Source: Bigelowiella natans CCMP2755 (lineage: Eukaryota; Protista; Cercozoa). From it: a DNA stretch of 64,000 nucleotides. The notes under the pieces were generated by a model. The model did no database searches. It was not told the DNA's origin and saw nothing but the letters and a program-made list of their open reading frames with translations. The position numbers and the translations under genes are program-made. The stretch spans positions 62,001 through 126,000 of the forward strand of contig ADNK01001326.1 in the NCBI GenBank assembly GCA_000320545.1, in the 5' to 3' direction. The stretch's first letter is position 1. Each line of letters opens with the position of its first letter. Positions 1-13,247 of the stretch are shown in pieces.

Positions 1-28
1 TGCCACCATCATCTCTATTTGCTTTAAG

Positions 29-145
29 GTAACGGCTGTGATCCCTGACGAGCACTATTCGGTACTACATAATGAGGATGATCATATAACCTTGACAACA
101 ACAACTATGATTTGTATCGTAGAGCTGCGATTGTGAATGATTGGT

Positions 146-185
<40 letters not shown>

Positions 186-350
186 AACCCAGTAATGATA
201 CAAATACGTGGTGGTGGTGGTGGTACGTCGTCGTCGTCGTCGTCGTCGTAGTTTTTAGATATAGACCCAATAACCGGAAGCACGTTGATTGGACACGAGA
301 GACTGCAGATCAACCTCATGCTTCAACCAGAGTGGGTACTTGCGCAGGTA

Positions 351-381
<31 letters not shown>

Positions 382-1114
382 TGTTACGTACCTGCTGCAG
401 CTGTTGCTGCTGCTGTTTAGGTGTAGATTATGAGAGGATGGATGGGTGTGGTGGTGGTGATGATGATTATTAGCATGATGGTTAGCATGGCAGCATCATT
501 ATAGTGCACAGCATACATCCATGTGTTGCTGCATTGTATCCCCTTGTCATATTATTAGGGTGTGTCTCCTAGTAGTTCATTCAACACATCAAAGATACAT
601 CCAGCTTTGTGGGTGGAGGACTCTGCCCACATGTCTGACCAGGTGATGATGATGATCATGATGATCAGCACGAGGAGGAAATAATAAAGAGAGAGAGAAA
701 GAGGGGGGGGGGGGGGAGGGGAGGAGAGAGAAAAACACAGAATAATTACAATTCGTTGATTGACTGCAAAATGTCAATTTTACCATTAATGCTCGTGGAA
801 AGTTCTTACATTCCTGTTGTGTGTGTGTTTTGTGTTGAAATGTGATGCGATTGGTTATGCATGGTGCTTGCAGAATGAACATGATTATAAGTCACAAGTA
901 TGGTTTGTGCTAAATCTGCACAGGTAATTGGAGTAGTATGAATGTATGGATGTAGTAGTAGTAAAATAAGCTATGATCAGGATGGTGGTGGGCAATTGTC
1001 TACTGTTGAGCAATACCTTAACAATTTACGTGTTGTTTGTATTTTGTGTTGTCAGGGCAATTTTGATATCCTTTCTCACTGTCGGCTCTGTGGCGGTCGT
1101 TACTAGTTGCATCA
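29..1114 (+). CDS. CD36/scavenger receptor class B (LIMP-2-like) family protein, 3' part (spliced; 5' end outside the window, exact 3' end unresolved)
   Basis: Joined GT-AG exons read PDEHYS|FLDIDPITGSTLIGHERLQINLML...HPALWVEDSAHMSDQ|NEHDYKSQVWFVLNLH|RAILISFLTVGSVAVVTSC. This matches the CD36-family H..FLD.EP.TG....RLQ.N motif, the P..W.E.SA motif and the C-terminal TM helix. Confidence 0.75.
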
Positions 1115-1343
1115 TGTAAGACAGACAAGAAGAACAAAAATTACAAATTGATGACGATCATGATATGACGATCACGAGCGCACCTATGAGCGATTAAGCT
1201 TGATAGCCACAAATCTCTTAGATTGCGCGTAGGCGTTGTTTCAATGTGTGAAAATGGATATAATATTGGTGCATAATATCCGATATTCTGGTTCGATTTG
1301 GTTAAAAATCAGATCATAGTTTTGGAAGTTAGTAGTAGTGGTC

Positions 1344-1379
<36 letters not shown>

Positions 1380-2149
1380 TCTTTTTATCAGCATTTACTT
1401 TCATCTACTATTCTATGCACACATGCACGCACACAAGGAACACACAAATATAATTTATTATAGTACAATGCATACAAATATAGATGCCATTTGGAGGATG
1501 ATTCGTAGTTCTCTGTGCACAATTTCCTTCTTCTCAGTTTTATATCGAAGAATATGATGTCATTAGTATTTCATTTCATAGATTGGCTATTGGTTGCTAC
1601 TACAAACGGAAAATGAAAGATTCTGAGACAAACGGCGATCGAATCAATTACCAAAAATTAGGTGGTTCTTATGCTGCTATGTCAGTGGTGATAGGAAAAA
1701 GTTGAAATTGACCGCATTCGTCTTCTGCTGTAACATTTATAAGAGTGTCTGTGTTTCTGTGTTTGTTTATACGCACCGTTCTCACAGATGCTTCAGTAAA
1801 TGATGGCAGCAAATAGTGCATAGAGCAGGAATATCTTTACGTACGCGTGGAGGGGAAAGCAACGATACGGATAAGCAGATATGTCATCATCATCATCATC
1901 ATCATACGCATCCCCTCGCTACAGTCCTCTACGATGCAGCATATCTGAACAAATAGCAGAGATATATAGCATGCGGGTAATAAGCGATGTTCCACAAACC
2001 CAAAAAAGAGTTTGTCGTTTGTTGCGTGTGCATAGGATGGTATTCCAGCATGGCATATACACAGTTCTTGCATGCTTCCCAATGCTATATGACGTGATTG
2101 TCATGTAAAAGCTTCATAAAGATTCTAAGATATTTGCAATGTTTGGAGA

Positions 2150-2930
2150 TTTAGCTCTCGGCCAAGCGATGCGATTCGATTCGCGCCGCGTATGTGCGTC
2201 TAATCTGCATGATGATCTAGATGTGCAAGATACGCTAGCACAAGCTAGCTAGAATGTGTGTGCGCATAGCTAGCTAGCTAGATGGAACAAACATGCTAGC
2301 ATGACAACATCATAGCGGAAAAGCTATGTGGTCTACTGGTGACAGCTAATTGATGACTCTAGGAAGTAGAACTGAGAGACCATGGCTAGATGGCGCAGTC
2401 TAGCTAGCTAGTAGTTGTCACTGTCACATGCGTGCGGCTAGATGGCTCCAGCTAGATCTAGAGACAGAGCTCTGCGTGAGCTGCTTGCATTGCCTGGCTA
2501 GCTGGCTACACAGCTGCTAGGCTGACTAGCTGACCCACATGCTAGCATGTGTGTTCACATGAAACAGAACATCCGCCTGCAAAAAAAATTGTGTCTGTTG
2601 TGCAAGCGACAATGATGAATTTGTTGCAACCTTCATGATGGAGGTGGCTAGCTAGGTGGGGATGACTAGATAAATGCACCCTCGCAAAGCGACATTCTAG
2701 CATTGCTAGACTGCTAGACTGCTGCATCATGCCACTCTATCTAGCACTGCATTGCTAGATTGTACTCTCTAGCTCTAGCTAGTGCTGCTGTGGTACATGT
2801 CTCATTTATCATGCTCTAGCATGTCACATCACGTTGTACTTGATCTTATCTAGTTCTAGAGTTATTGGGGGGGAGTTCATATGTGCACAGGGGCACATGT
2901 GCAATCTGTGAATGATCCATGACTGCTACA
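2150..2930. repeat. CTAG/CATG/TGCA-rich, TpA-depleted intergenic spacer (decayed repeat DNA)
   Basis: Dense gctagc/ctagctag/catg words between convergent genes. Most surviving TA dinucleotides are in CTAG, CTA or TAG context. Confidence 0.7.
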
Positions 2931-2934
2931 TTAG

Positions 2935-3419
2935 CTACCTTTTGCCATGGTCATTTGCAAGATCGAAGATGACTAGATGAGGGTGCATACCCGCTTGTTT
3001 GACCCCTTGTGTGAAATGTTCTTCTGCAGCTACGACCAGCGATCTGGTTTGTATGGCTTGAGCGTTTGTGCAGAGCATTACATGCGGCTCGCGCATGTGC
3101 TTCTTGCTGACCTTAAAAGCCCGTGTGCATTGAGGCACATGCACAACAATTGATAGAGCATGAGTTTATGATGCTCACCGGACAACTTTCCCATTGAATA
3201 CAAGATTCGGTAATTTGCCGTAATGCTGGCCGTTGCTTGATATCCAAGACTGTGCTTCAGTAGCATTTTGGTGAAGTTCTCCCTGAATATACCTTTTTGC
3301 GCCTTCTTCATCGAGATATCTGTTAATAGGCTTGATGCCAAATACATCCTCGTACGCATGAAGCACTTCTAGAATCTGTTGGAAAAATAGGCGCGAAGAC
3401 AACTGTGTGCATTTGTATC

Positions 3420-3481
<62 letters not shown>

Positions 3482-3688
3482 ATGTTGAATCCTTTTTGTC
3501 AAACGAAGATATAGATCGCCTTAATCGAACCTGATTTGGCGTCGAGAAATTTGTCCCAGGATCCCTTGAAGAGCCCCCCGTAAATGCAACTATACCAAAA
3601 CCATCACCATTTCTGGAAGTACCACAATCACATCAGCCCATAATTATAAAGCGTTATCATAGAAGTAAGTTGATATGAAACTCTGATT

Positions 3689-3759
<71 letters not shown>

Positions 3760-4460
3760 CTTTTTCTTCCCGCTAATAATTCCCTTGAAGAATTTTATCA
3801 TCGTGTATTTGGATCACTCACCTAAATTCAGCACTTAGCTTTCGCATGGCCCATGTACTAAATATGATCTCCTCCAACCAGGCATTAATGGAGAAGAAGG
3901 AGTTCCAACTCTGCGGATCGGCTTCAAGATCTTCAATCAGGTCAATTATTATTTTCGAGGGATAGAAAGAGCCTTCATGCTTTTGATGAAACCTACCAAA
4001 ACAGGAACGCTATCTTTGAGTATACACTATAGTTTATACATTATAAACTAAAAGATTACCAGGGTAGTTCTGTTCCATCCGGAAGTGGAAGTGCAATGAC
4101 TGTGTGCATGGTTTTCCAATTCCAAATCCTTGAGAATTCTTCCTCCTCGTCGTCCCATTCCTCAGACCTGAAAATCGCCCAGAACAGCCAATTTCATTCT
4201 CATTCGAAGATGAGGTGACGATGCACAACGCCAAGTATAACATGTAATCTTGATCATACACATGCCATACGCTCACTGAATCGATGATCAGGAAAGATCA
4301 TGAAATAGACTCGAACATGATGTGAAGATGGCTTCTTTTGCAGAAGGAGGCTTTACTCTTGAAAGGTATGATCGAATGAATCTGAATCAATTCTGTGACA
4401 AAATCGTCCGTAATTTTCGACTTCTTCTTCTTCCTCCTCACTTATAGGATTGCTGCAACG

Positions 4461-4532
<72 letters not shown>

Positions 4533-5031
4533 GTATACAAGGGCGAGTGTACACATAGTGTGTTTGCTTTGCGCAGCTAGCTGCTACCTTGTGCTGACAT
4601 TGTGGATTCGAATATAATCTTCCACCCCGAATCTGACGAGCCATGAGTTGGACGCAAGCAGCATCAGATGGGAAAATTGAAGCCTGTCAAAACGCACACA
4701 GTTCATGTTCACGTTTGATTCCACAATATGGGAAAACTCAACTGAAAGTGCTTTATTATGCTGACTTTAACCTGTGCTGTTAATTCTTTCTGCAAATAAA
4801 TTTGTTATGTGCTGTTCGAATTTACCCTAAGTTTTTAGATAGCCACTGTACGTTCCGGAGGTGCGCGTGAGCGAGTGAGCCTTGCCATTCATGCGTGTAG
4901 TATCTCCTACAATTCACAAGAATCCTGATAATACATGGTATTTATACGATGCATCACATCTATGGGCACCTGGTTACCGCACTGGTAAGAAAATTTATCA
5001 TTACTATGATCACTGTAATTTTTATGTAGTA

Positions 5032-5074
<43 letters not shown>

Positions 5075-6007
5075 AAGCATCTGCAAGAAACGAAGAAAAA
5101 GAAGACAGGGGGGGGGGAATGGGGCGAGGAAGAGTAGGGAGAAGCACCACCTTGGGCTATAACTTATAAAGTGTTTTATTTCTTCGTCAGAATAATTTGT
5201 AGCTGCAGATAGATGTGCAATTACGAGTGTCGTGTTCCTATGATGTCCCAATCAAAACAGGGCCCCGTTCAAAGATTTGAGGTGGTTTCAGTTATATCGG
5301 TAGTAATAAGCATATTAGAATAAATGGACTAAAAATCCATAATATCAGCATGGTTTTCAATACAAATGGGCTCCACAGCGCAAATATGCCAAACGACAAT
5401 TCCTGTTAAAAATTGCTACGACGAAATTGTTACCTTGTGTAGGATAAAAGGTTATCAAAAAACATGTCCACGTACTCTCTGTCTTCAAACACCAAAGTTG
5501 AGATCACTAGCCGCCTTGACGATTCGTCCGACAACTTGATCCCCTTTTCCAAATGGCTTGTCTCGCAACTTACATGCACTGGCATTGGCGGTCCTTGTAC
5601 TTTTGGAGATATTGAAACAAAAGGATTCAGCTGAAAATCGGCACAGGCACTCATTCAGTTAGCTGTGATATATGGCATACGGCTATTTGAGGGGTTGAGC
5701 ATCTCGATTTCCGAGCTATGAGTGTAAATCCAAATAATAGCTCCAAACAAAAAGAAGACGTGACAACTTGCGCACTTGTTTCTCTCCAAATCTAAATTCA
5801 TAAACATTTCGACTTGAAGTGAGCAACCAGAAGATGATGATGACTCCGGTCGTGTGCAAGAGAAACCAATCTACACATTAAAGCACCAAAAAGTCAAGAA
5901 CCATCTTTGACGTCATCTTCGCTACATCCGTCTTTCTTCATCCTATCCAATGGGGTTCCCGAACTGGCTCCCTCGCCAGCAACGCCGCTGCTACGAACAT
6001 CCTCCAT
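2935..6007 (-). CDS. Multi-exon hypothetical protein (boundaries approximate)
   Basis: Minus-strand open segments bounded by GT/AG, e.g. near 5430-5654, 4585-4685, 4060-4276, 3820-3990, 3530-3620 and 3175-3390. Candidate start MEDVRSSG at 6007. No family recognised and exon phases not fully resolved. Confidence 0.5.
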
Positions 6008-6329
6008 TCGCCAGTTCGGTTGTAATTCCGAGACGACGACTTGGTCTTCTAGTTTGAGTTTTTTAAGGGAACAATTACAGGCCAATTCATGCCTGCGTCT
6101 TAGGAATAATTCAATTGGAGGCAAGAATCGCGCTCACAGGATCGGTGCCGCGCCGCCCCCCCGTGCTAGCGACACCAAGATGACATTGGTGGTGGCCAAA
6201 AAAGAGGAATCGAAAGGCATGTCTGTTCTGTGCAGATGCATGCGCAAATTGTCTCGGACAGAAGGTCTGGGTGACATCACTAGATCAGAAAAGGTGCAAT
6301 GTTTCGATTGCCCGTGGGTGTCAGGATCG

Positions 6330-6750
6330 CCAGATCGGACGAAAGTGTGCTCCTCCTCACGGATCCTTGACGCTTGCTAGCTTGAACAATTTGTTGCCGG
6401 CGAGAGTGCTAGAGTGTGTCGCTAGCTTGGCTCATCTAGTCATGAGTACACACACATCTAGACGTGCAGCAGTTTGACAATTGAAAACAACTCAATCACT
6501 TGGATCTGGAGGCACATTGGATGCATCTGCAATGTGTAGAGCAACATTGCACAGCTTCACATAAGGACAACCTAGCAATGGCAACTAGACAATTGGAAGA
6601 ATTTAACATTCATTGCATCCGTCTCGCATGCTAGCATGGTTTAATTGCACTCATACTAGCATAGGAGGCCAGCGCGCAGTTACATCTCCCAATGCGATGG
6701 CTTTGCAGCGCGCTACATCAGCCGGAGTTGCACAAGCACTACATCAAAAT
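6330..6750. repeat. CTAG-rich TpA-depleted spacer with a degenerate right-hand MITE TIR (about 6540-6626)
   Basis: ...acattgcacagct...gacaattggaagaatttaacattcattgcatccgtctc resembles the right TIR ends at 22426 and 57616. Confidence 0.65.
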
Positions 6751-6934
6751 CTGTCTAATAGGAAATAAATCCGCGAAATGTTAAAAAGTAACAGCTACGT
6801 GTTTCACAAAACTCAATTAGAGGAGCCCTCTTCTCCTTCAGAATGAGTTGTTTTGAATTTTGAGCAATGCGAGTCATCATGATTATCAATGAAGATGCTG
6901 TATCCTCTGCACTTTCTGCTACTACTTGGAACGC

Positions 6935-9312
6935 CTATTGACTCTTTTTCTCTTCAGAAGGAGCTTCCGAATTGTCTTCAGGTTTCATGGCGGGGAACAA
7001 TAGAACCTCCTTGATGTTATGCTTCCCAGCGAGAAGCATTGTCATGCGATCGATGCCCATGCCCCATCCTGCGGTCGGAGGGAGTCCATGTTCCATCGCA
7101 GTGCAAAAATCAGTATCAATGTACATAGCTTCAAGATCCCCTTCAGATTTTGCACGTGCTTGGTCTTCAAATCGTTGTCGTTGCACGACAGGATTATTCA
7201 ATTCAGTGTAAGCATTACAGAGCTCTCGTTTGAGAACGAAAAGTTCAAAACGTTCTGTCATTCCAGGCTTGCTTCGATGATACCTGCAGTATTTACATTA
7301 GATTTTTATTCATCGTATGGCGCAATAAGTTATCTGCTGACATTCTCACGATATAAAATTGAACAACTTACTTTGCCAATGGACTCATGATGGCTGGATG
7401 ATCGATTATAAACCCAGGATTCATGCATTGAGACTCAAGATACTTTGCGACCAACTTATCGATCATACGTGCTGTTGATCTTGGGGCAGAACAGTCGACT
7501 TCAAGTTCCGTTAGCTTCTTATCGAGATAACTACGTGCTTTCTCACTTTCGAGTGGAAGTGGGATATCAATCCCGTGCTCTTTGAGACCGTCAATCATTG
7601 GTATCCTTCTCCAAGGTGGCGAGAAATCGACTGTGATTGGTTTTGCATCTGGATCATCGATGAAATTTCCTTTTTCATCCTTTTTCTGCTCAGGTGGTAC
7701 CGTTACCTTATAGCTCCCGCAGATGTTCTTCACCATGCCGGATATCATTTCTTCAGTTACCTTCATGAGATCGTTGTAGTCGGCATAGGCCCAATAGAAT
7801 TCGCATGTCGTGAATTCAGGGTTATGTGTAAGATCGATGCCCTCGTTGCGGAATTGGCGACCGATTTCATAAACACGGTCCATACCCCCGATGATTAGCG
7901 TCTTCAAATACAACTCAGGGGCCACACGCATGTACATCTTCATCTTAAGTTCGTTGTGCTCAGTTTCGAAAGGCCTTGCAGTCGCCCCTCCAGGAATCAT
8001 GTTCATCATGGGAGTTTCTACTTCCAAGAATCCCCTGGAATCAAGATATCTACGGATGTAGTTAATGATTTGAGAGCGCACATAGAAAGTCCTTTTTACG
8101 GCGGGGTTCATAATCATATCCAGATATCGCTTTCGGAAGCGAATCTCAGCTCCCAGACCAACACGAGGTGGGGGAAGCATATGAAGGCACGGTGCAAGAA
8201 GTTTCAGTTCTGTTGCAAAAATGCTAAGTTCTTTGGTCTTCGTACGTCCAGGATTTCCAACCACACCTACGACGTCTCCCCTGCGGACTAGCCTCACTAT
8301 ATTCTCAAATTCCTCTTTATTCTTCGCCGCCCTTGAAAAAAATGCCTCATCAGAATTGATTGAGGGACGAGATACATTTTCGTGTCACATACCCTGCATT
8401 AGCAAAAATCTGAATTTTGGCATCATCCGCCTCAATGAAGAGGAAAGTTAGTTTGCCGCTGGGAGCCTTTCGTGTAATTCGGCCTACCCAGGAGTATCAC
8501 CACATTGATACAACCATCACTTCAAATTAAGTTGATGCTTAGGCAGGGACTGAAAAGATATAATATTACCAGCAAGACTCGTGGAGACCTGATCCAGTCT
8601 CTCGCCTGGCTTAACATTTTCATACTTCTTAATGAAGTAAGGAATACTCATCTTTGCCTCAAATTTGTGGGGGTAAGCATTGAATCCCTCAGCTTTGAGC
8701 TTCTCCATTTTCTTGGTACGGATTTCATAGTATTGCTGTAATTCCATATATCATCAGAAAAAAATCATCATCTCGAGGCTACTGATTGCACCTACATTTG
8801 GGTCCAAAGATTCTAACTCATCGTCATCCTTCTTCTTCTTCTTCGGTTTCGCCGCTTCCCTTTTAGCTTTCTCAGCTGCTTTGAGCTTGTTCTTCTCTTC
8901 CTTTTCCCGCTTCTTCTTGATCTTCTTCCATTTACTGTTAACGGACGGGGATTTAGATGTTGCATCGCAATTACAACACCAAGGTGTACCTTTTTGAGTA
9001 TTGTTTCCCCGTTTCAGGGTCAATAGGAATCTCTTCTTTCACCTGTTAATAGGCATATCATCTAAGCAACATAGATTATGGAAAATCGAACTTGATGTTC
9101 AAATACCCGTTCGTGGGGTGGTGGTGCAGACATTGCGAGTAGTGATGGGATGTGTTTTAGGTGAGGCAGCAGCAGCAGAGCAGCAGCTTGTCGAGCTCCG
9201 AGGTAATAAGATTGTTTCTGAGCTGTTGTCGTACAATAAGAATACATTGCATTTTTGTAGTCGATTGCACTTAACCTCGCGGAGATTTCCGAGCCACGCA
9301 ATTTGTGCGCAT
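6935..9312 (-). CDS. KARS: Lysyl-tRNA synthetase, class II, eukaryotic cytosolic type, with an optional ~42-aa N-terminal extension (internal ATG at 9133)
   Basis: Motifs [105 protein letters not shown]. Short GT-AG introns join the exons in frame. Confidence 0.97.
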
Positions 9313-9360
9313 GTATTCTCTGGGAAGTTCCTTCGGGGACTGTAAGAAAGCGATATTTTA

Positions 9361-9391
9361 AATAAATAAATAAATTATTTATTTATTTATT
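9361..9391. promoter_or_regulatory. Perfect AT-only inverted repeat in the ~200-bp divergent promoter between LysRS and the ankyrin gene
   Basis: aataaataaataaat-t-atttatttatttatt (15-bp arms, 1-nt spacer) lies between ATG 9312(-) and ATG 9513(+). A regulatory role is inferred from position only. Confidence 0.4.
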
Positions 9392-9512
9392 TATTTTATT
9401 TGTTGCAAGCAAAAGAAAGAAAGAAAGTCATCCTCACATTCCCCTTTCCAAGATGTGTTCGCACAGATAAAGAAGACAGGCAAGGAATGGGATCTCATGT
9501 TGCACGAATAAT

Positions 9513-11531
9513 ATGAGGAGTCGTCCCGGAAAGAGTAGCAAAATGCAAAAGTCGAATGCTGCGTCAAGGCCTGATGGAGCACTTTTTCTAATGGCCCTAA
9601 ATTCACTCGAGGTGCAACTTATCAATCTACTCTAATCTCGGGAAGAAAATAAGAAATTAAATTTAGGTAATCGGTGAAAGTAAAGCTCTTGGGGTGAACT
9701 CTATGTGTGTAACCCCTAGAATACGGTAAACAATTGCGAAAAAAGAATGGTAGCATCGGAAATGAGTGTTACTCTTCTTTAGGTCAGAATTTTCGTACTA
9801 CCTGAAGAATGCAAAGAAGAAACTCTCTCATGTGCTTATAATTATCTGGGATTTTGTTTCTATAGAATTTAATATAGTGTTTATTAGATCGTCTTAAACC
9901 ACATCTACAAGATGTTTTCTTCCGGCGACATAAACGGTTTCGATGATCATGGATTTACAGTAAGTGCTGCTACCATCGGAGAACTGTGCGCGTGCACTCA
10001 CTTTTGAAATTTCACCATTCAGCCTCTCCATTACATGGCCCTCTTTGATCTGCATCATGTACTAGCCCAATTCGTAGCTGGAGGGGTAACTTCGAGAATC
10101 CTTTATGATCACAAAATAATTTCTTCTTACAATACATTGCTGTTCATGGCCAGGTGTCGTTCAAGATGGTTGGTGACCCACACATTAATGTAAGATGATC
10201 TTAGATATATTACATAGCTGTTTAATTGAAAGAACTCGTCATAAATATTTATGTTTTGCATTTAGGTCACTGCGCTTCAACTTGCCACTTACCTATATCC
10301 CCAATCTCGAATACGCTCTCTGGTATAATTGTCTAGGATCCAGTTTAAATGAAATTTAAACGATTTTTTGAATTACTAAGATTGTGAAGGCAACGTCCAA
10401 CAAAAACGTCCGCCCAATATCGAGGCGTAAGCAACGAATAGCTGTAAGGTTAACAAAGCAACAGCTGAAAAGGAAATTGAAGTTGTGTCAAACAACTCAA
10501 CCAAGAGAAATAATGGATGTACAGGTCTTCCTAGTTAATCTCTTTGCCTGTGATGATTAATATAAGTAGTATAAAATATATACCAAGAAGCAAAAATAAT
10601 TCCTATTTATTTCTTGATCTCTTTGCAGAAGAAAAAAGGAGAAGCAGACCTTACTGCAGTATCATATCGAGACGAACCAGTCAGATTCCCAGATCTGATG
10701 CTTCTCAATAGAAGCTGCAATATACCTGCATTCATCACCGATAAATATGGTGCTATCAATATTCTACAATAATTTTGTGATTCCTGATTTTTTGGTAACA
10801 TTGCAGCGAGCTCAATTTTAACAAATCTCTACTGGATGCAACTTATGGATGTAAAGCATCTCCTCGATGACCAAAAGTCATACCGAAATGCAAAGAAAGT
10901 GTTTCAAATGATGAGGATGTCCTTGACTCAACCCAACGATGAACAAGTTGTAAGAAGGTGAAAATTCTCTTCCGAACTTTTATTCCGGTTTTACATAGTT
11001 GTAACTGCCTCAGGTTCATGTCTTTTTCACCGCTGGTCCACACGCAATTTTTATTAGAACTTCACAAAGTAAAGATGAGTAAAAGTCTAAAATTATCCAT
11101 TCAATTGACTCATTTTAAATTTAAATATTATGTTGAGACTGGACCATTCCTAGAGCAGCTGACTAGGGAGATTGAACAGAAGAAGCGGAGATCTAGCTAT
11201 GAACTATCGGAGCTCATGGTATGCAATTCGCCTACAGCTTTACATGTGTTTCGTTTTACTCCAGTCACAACTTCATTGTATCGTGAAATCAGGAATCAAT
11301 GCGTCACGTTATTCAGAGGTTAAAATGGATATGCCTATCATGCATTGCAAAGGTGGAGTCAATTAGACCGTATCAAAACATGCAGCAACCAGCGACGGAG
11401 AAGCCATCATTGATGATGGTATCTCGAACACAGTACGTTCAGCAAAGCAGAATAAGACAACGACCTTTGCCGAAAACTCGCCTACAAGCGGTATCTCGCA
11501 ATCCAAAAGGCATTTCTCATCTGAGATTTAG
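9513..11531 (+). CDS. Ankyrin-repeat-containing protein (multi-exon, boundaries approximate)
   Basis: Spliced exons give DINGFDDHGFT|PLHYMALFDLHHVLAQFVAGG and VTALQLATYLYP, matching the ankyrin G.TPLH..A consensus. Candidate start MRSRPGKSSK. The last three exons join in frame to TAG at 11531. Confidence 0.6.
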
Positions 11532-11859
11532 TCAGAAAGTTAGCCAAAGCAATGAACAATTGAAGTCAGCACGCTAATAGCCAATCTATCATCAGAGCGT
11601 GAGATTGCATCGACTATCAAGCCAAATTTACTGATACGAATAAAGGGTTTCCCAAAATACGCCTCGAAGCGCTGCTATCATTGCGTGATGAACGAACGAC
11701 AGAACGTTACAGGCATGCACATAGATCCTGATATCATGGCATTCTCGAACTACTTCAGCTTGGCGTGGGTGTTGGATCGAAAGCTCAAGTCTGTATGTGC
11801 CTGCACATGCTCAGTGACGAAAACAATCAGCAGCGTTATTCATTGTTTGATCCGAAATG

Positions 11860-12500
11860 ACAACGCTACGATATTGTTAGCAAGGCAGCAGAACAACAAC
11901 AACTAGAACAAGCGCAGCTAGCAAAGTAACCGCAGCGGTGTACTCACCGTATAACCGCATTGGCCCTGCCAGCAATCTAGCAATGCCAGCTACGCAACAA
12001 GCTCTTGCTAGCTTGGTTCGAAGAGTGAACAAGCACAGCAGCAATGACAACTGTATCGTCACAGATCACTAGATCATGTCATGATTGCTCGCAGAATGCA
12101 TCTAGACATCCTAGCTAAAATGAATGATGCCATCTAGCCATCTTTAGATCTAGCTAGCTAGCCATGTCGTAGCCATGTAGTGTGGCACTAGAGCACTACT
12201 AGCTCTAGAGCTAGCTACACCATGAGCTAGGTAGTCCGCCAGAGAGTATAAGGCTAGCTAGACAGGCGAGCTAGCTAGGCAGTGTTAGAGCACTAGAACA
12301 TGGCTTCTTGCCATAGGGCTCTAAGCTTGTCTCCATTGTACATGCAGTCTTGTAGTGCTAGAGTGGGGCACCTTGATTGCACAGTGCGTGCTGCTGTGAT
12401 GATGTGATGATTGATAGTGGTTGCGCTACATGCTTGAAGTGTTTTGACACAAGATCTAGCGAATGAAATACACTGAAAGCCAGAGTAGCACAACATGGAA
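11860..12500. repeat. CTAG-rich TpA-depleted spacer between convergent genes
   Basis: High density of ctagctag, gctagc, tctaga and catg. Confidence 0.7.
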
Positions 12501-12714
12501 AAGCCACACGGTTTGAAGTGCGCTGATTAAAACGAACAGACGGAAATCGTAGCGTGGCGAAATGGCAGCGTCAATTAAACGATCAATTGGTCAGGTTCAT
12601 GTTCTAACGGATGTGTTGCATGCAGCGCATGTAACTATCATCTACCCTCTATCAATGATCGCGGCTTGCTCATGGAATTTGCAGCCTACGCAAATACCCA
12701 TCTCTTCGTGGTCT

Positions 12715-12845
12715 TCACACAAATCCATCCCGTTGCTTAACAGCTTCTTCTTGTAAACCGAATTTAGCTTTGCTACTCTCTTTTGTCTTTCTTGTCACAT
12801 AGCTGAACACACAATACTCATATCAAAATTGGAACATAATTTCTG

Positions 12846-12886
<41 letters not shown>

Positions 12887-13197
12887 ATGTGTCTGTGTTT
12901 CTATATATTTTTACAAAAAAAGAAAGTTGACACCCTTTCAACCACTCGTCCATTTTTTGCGGGTCCTTGAGTATCACATCGACTTCTCCACGTGTTAGTC
13001 CTTGCATCATAGATCGATTATTAGATTCTATGATCACTACGAAATTCCAAAGTGCACAAACCATCTTCCAGCATCTTCGTCTGCAGGTTTCGGCTGCTTT
13101 GAAGAACATGTTCGCGAATATTCTCCGCACATTCAATTTGCCGATCGCGTTTTCTGATTTTAGTTATCATAATTGTCATCAGTGTCCCCCTCCCGCG

Positions 13198-13247
<50 letters not shown>

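Noticed and set aside
2150-2930. CTAG clusters as Helitron 3' ends, CRISPR-like arrays or classical RIP/CpG decay
   Set aside because: No hairpin-plus-CTRR terminus, and no regular repeat-spacer period. RIP would enrich TA generally, but TA outside CTAG is depleted. CpG remains common in the strongest block (44.5-46 kb).
5907-6380. 157-aa plus-strand ORF
   Set aside because: Non-ATG start, antisense to the minus-strand gene start, and runs into a repeat spacer.
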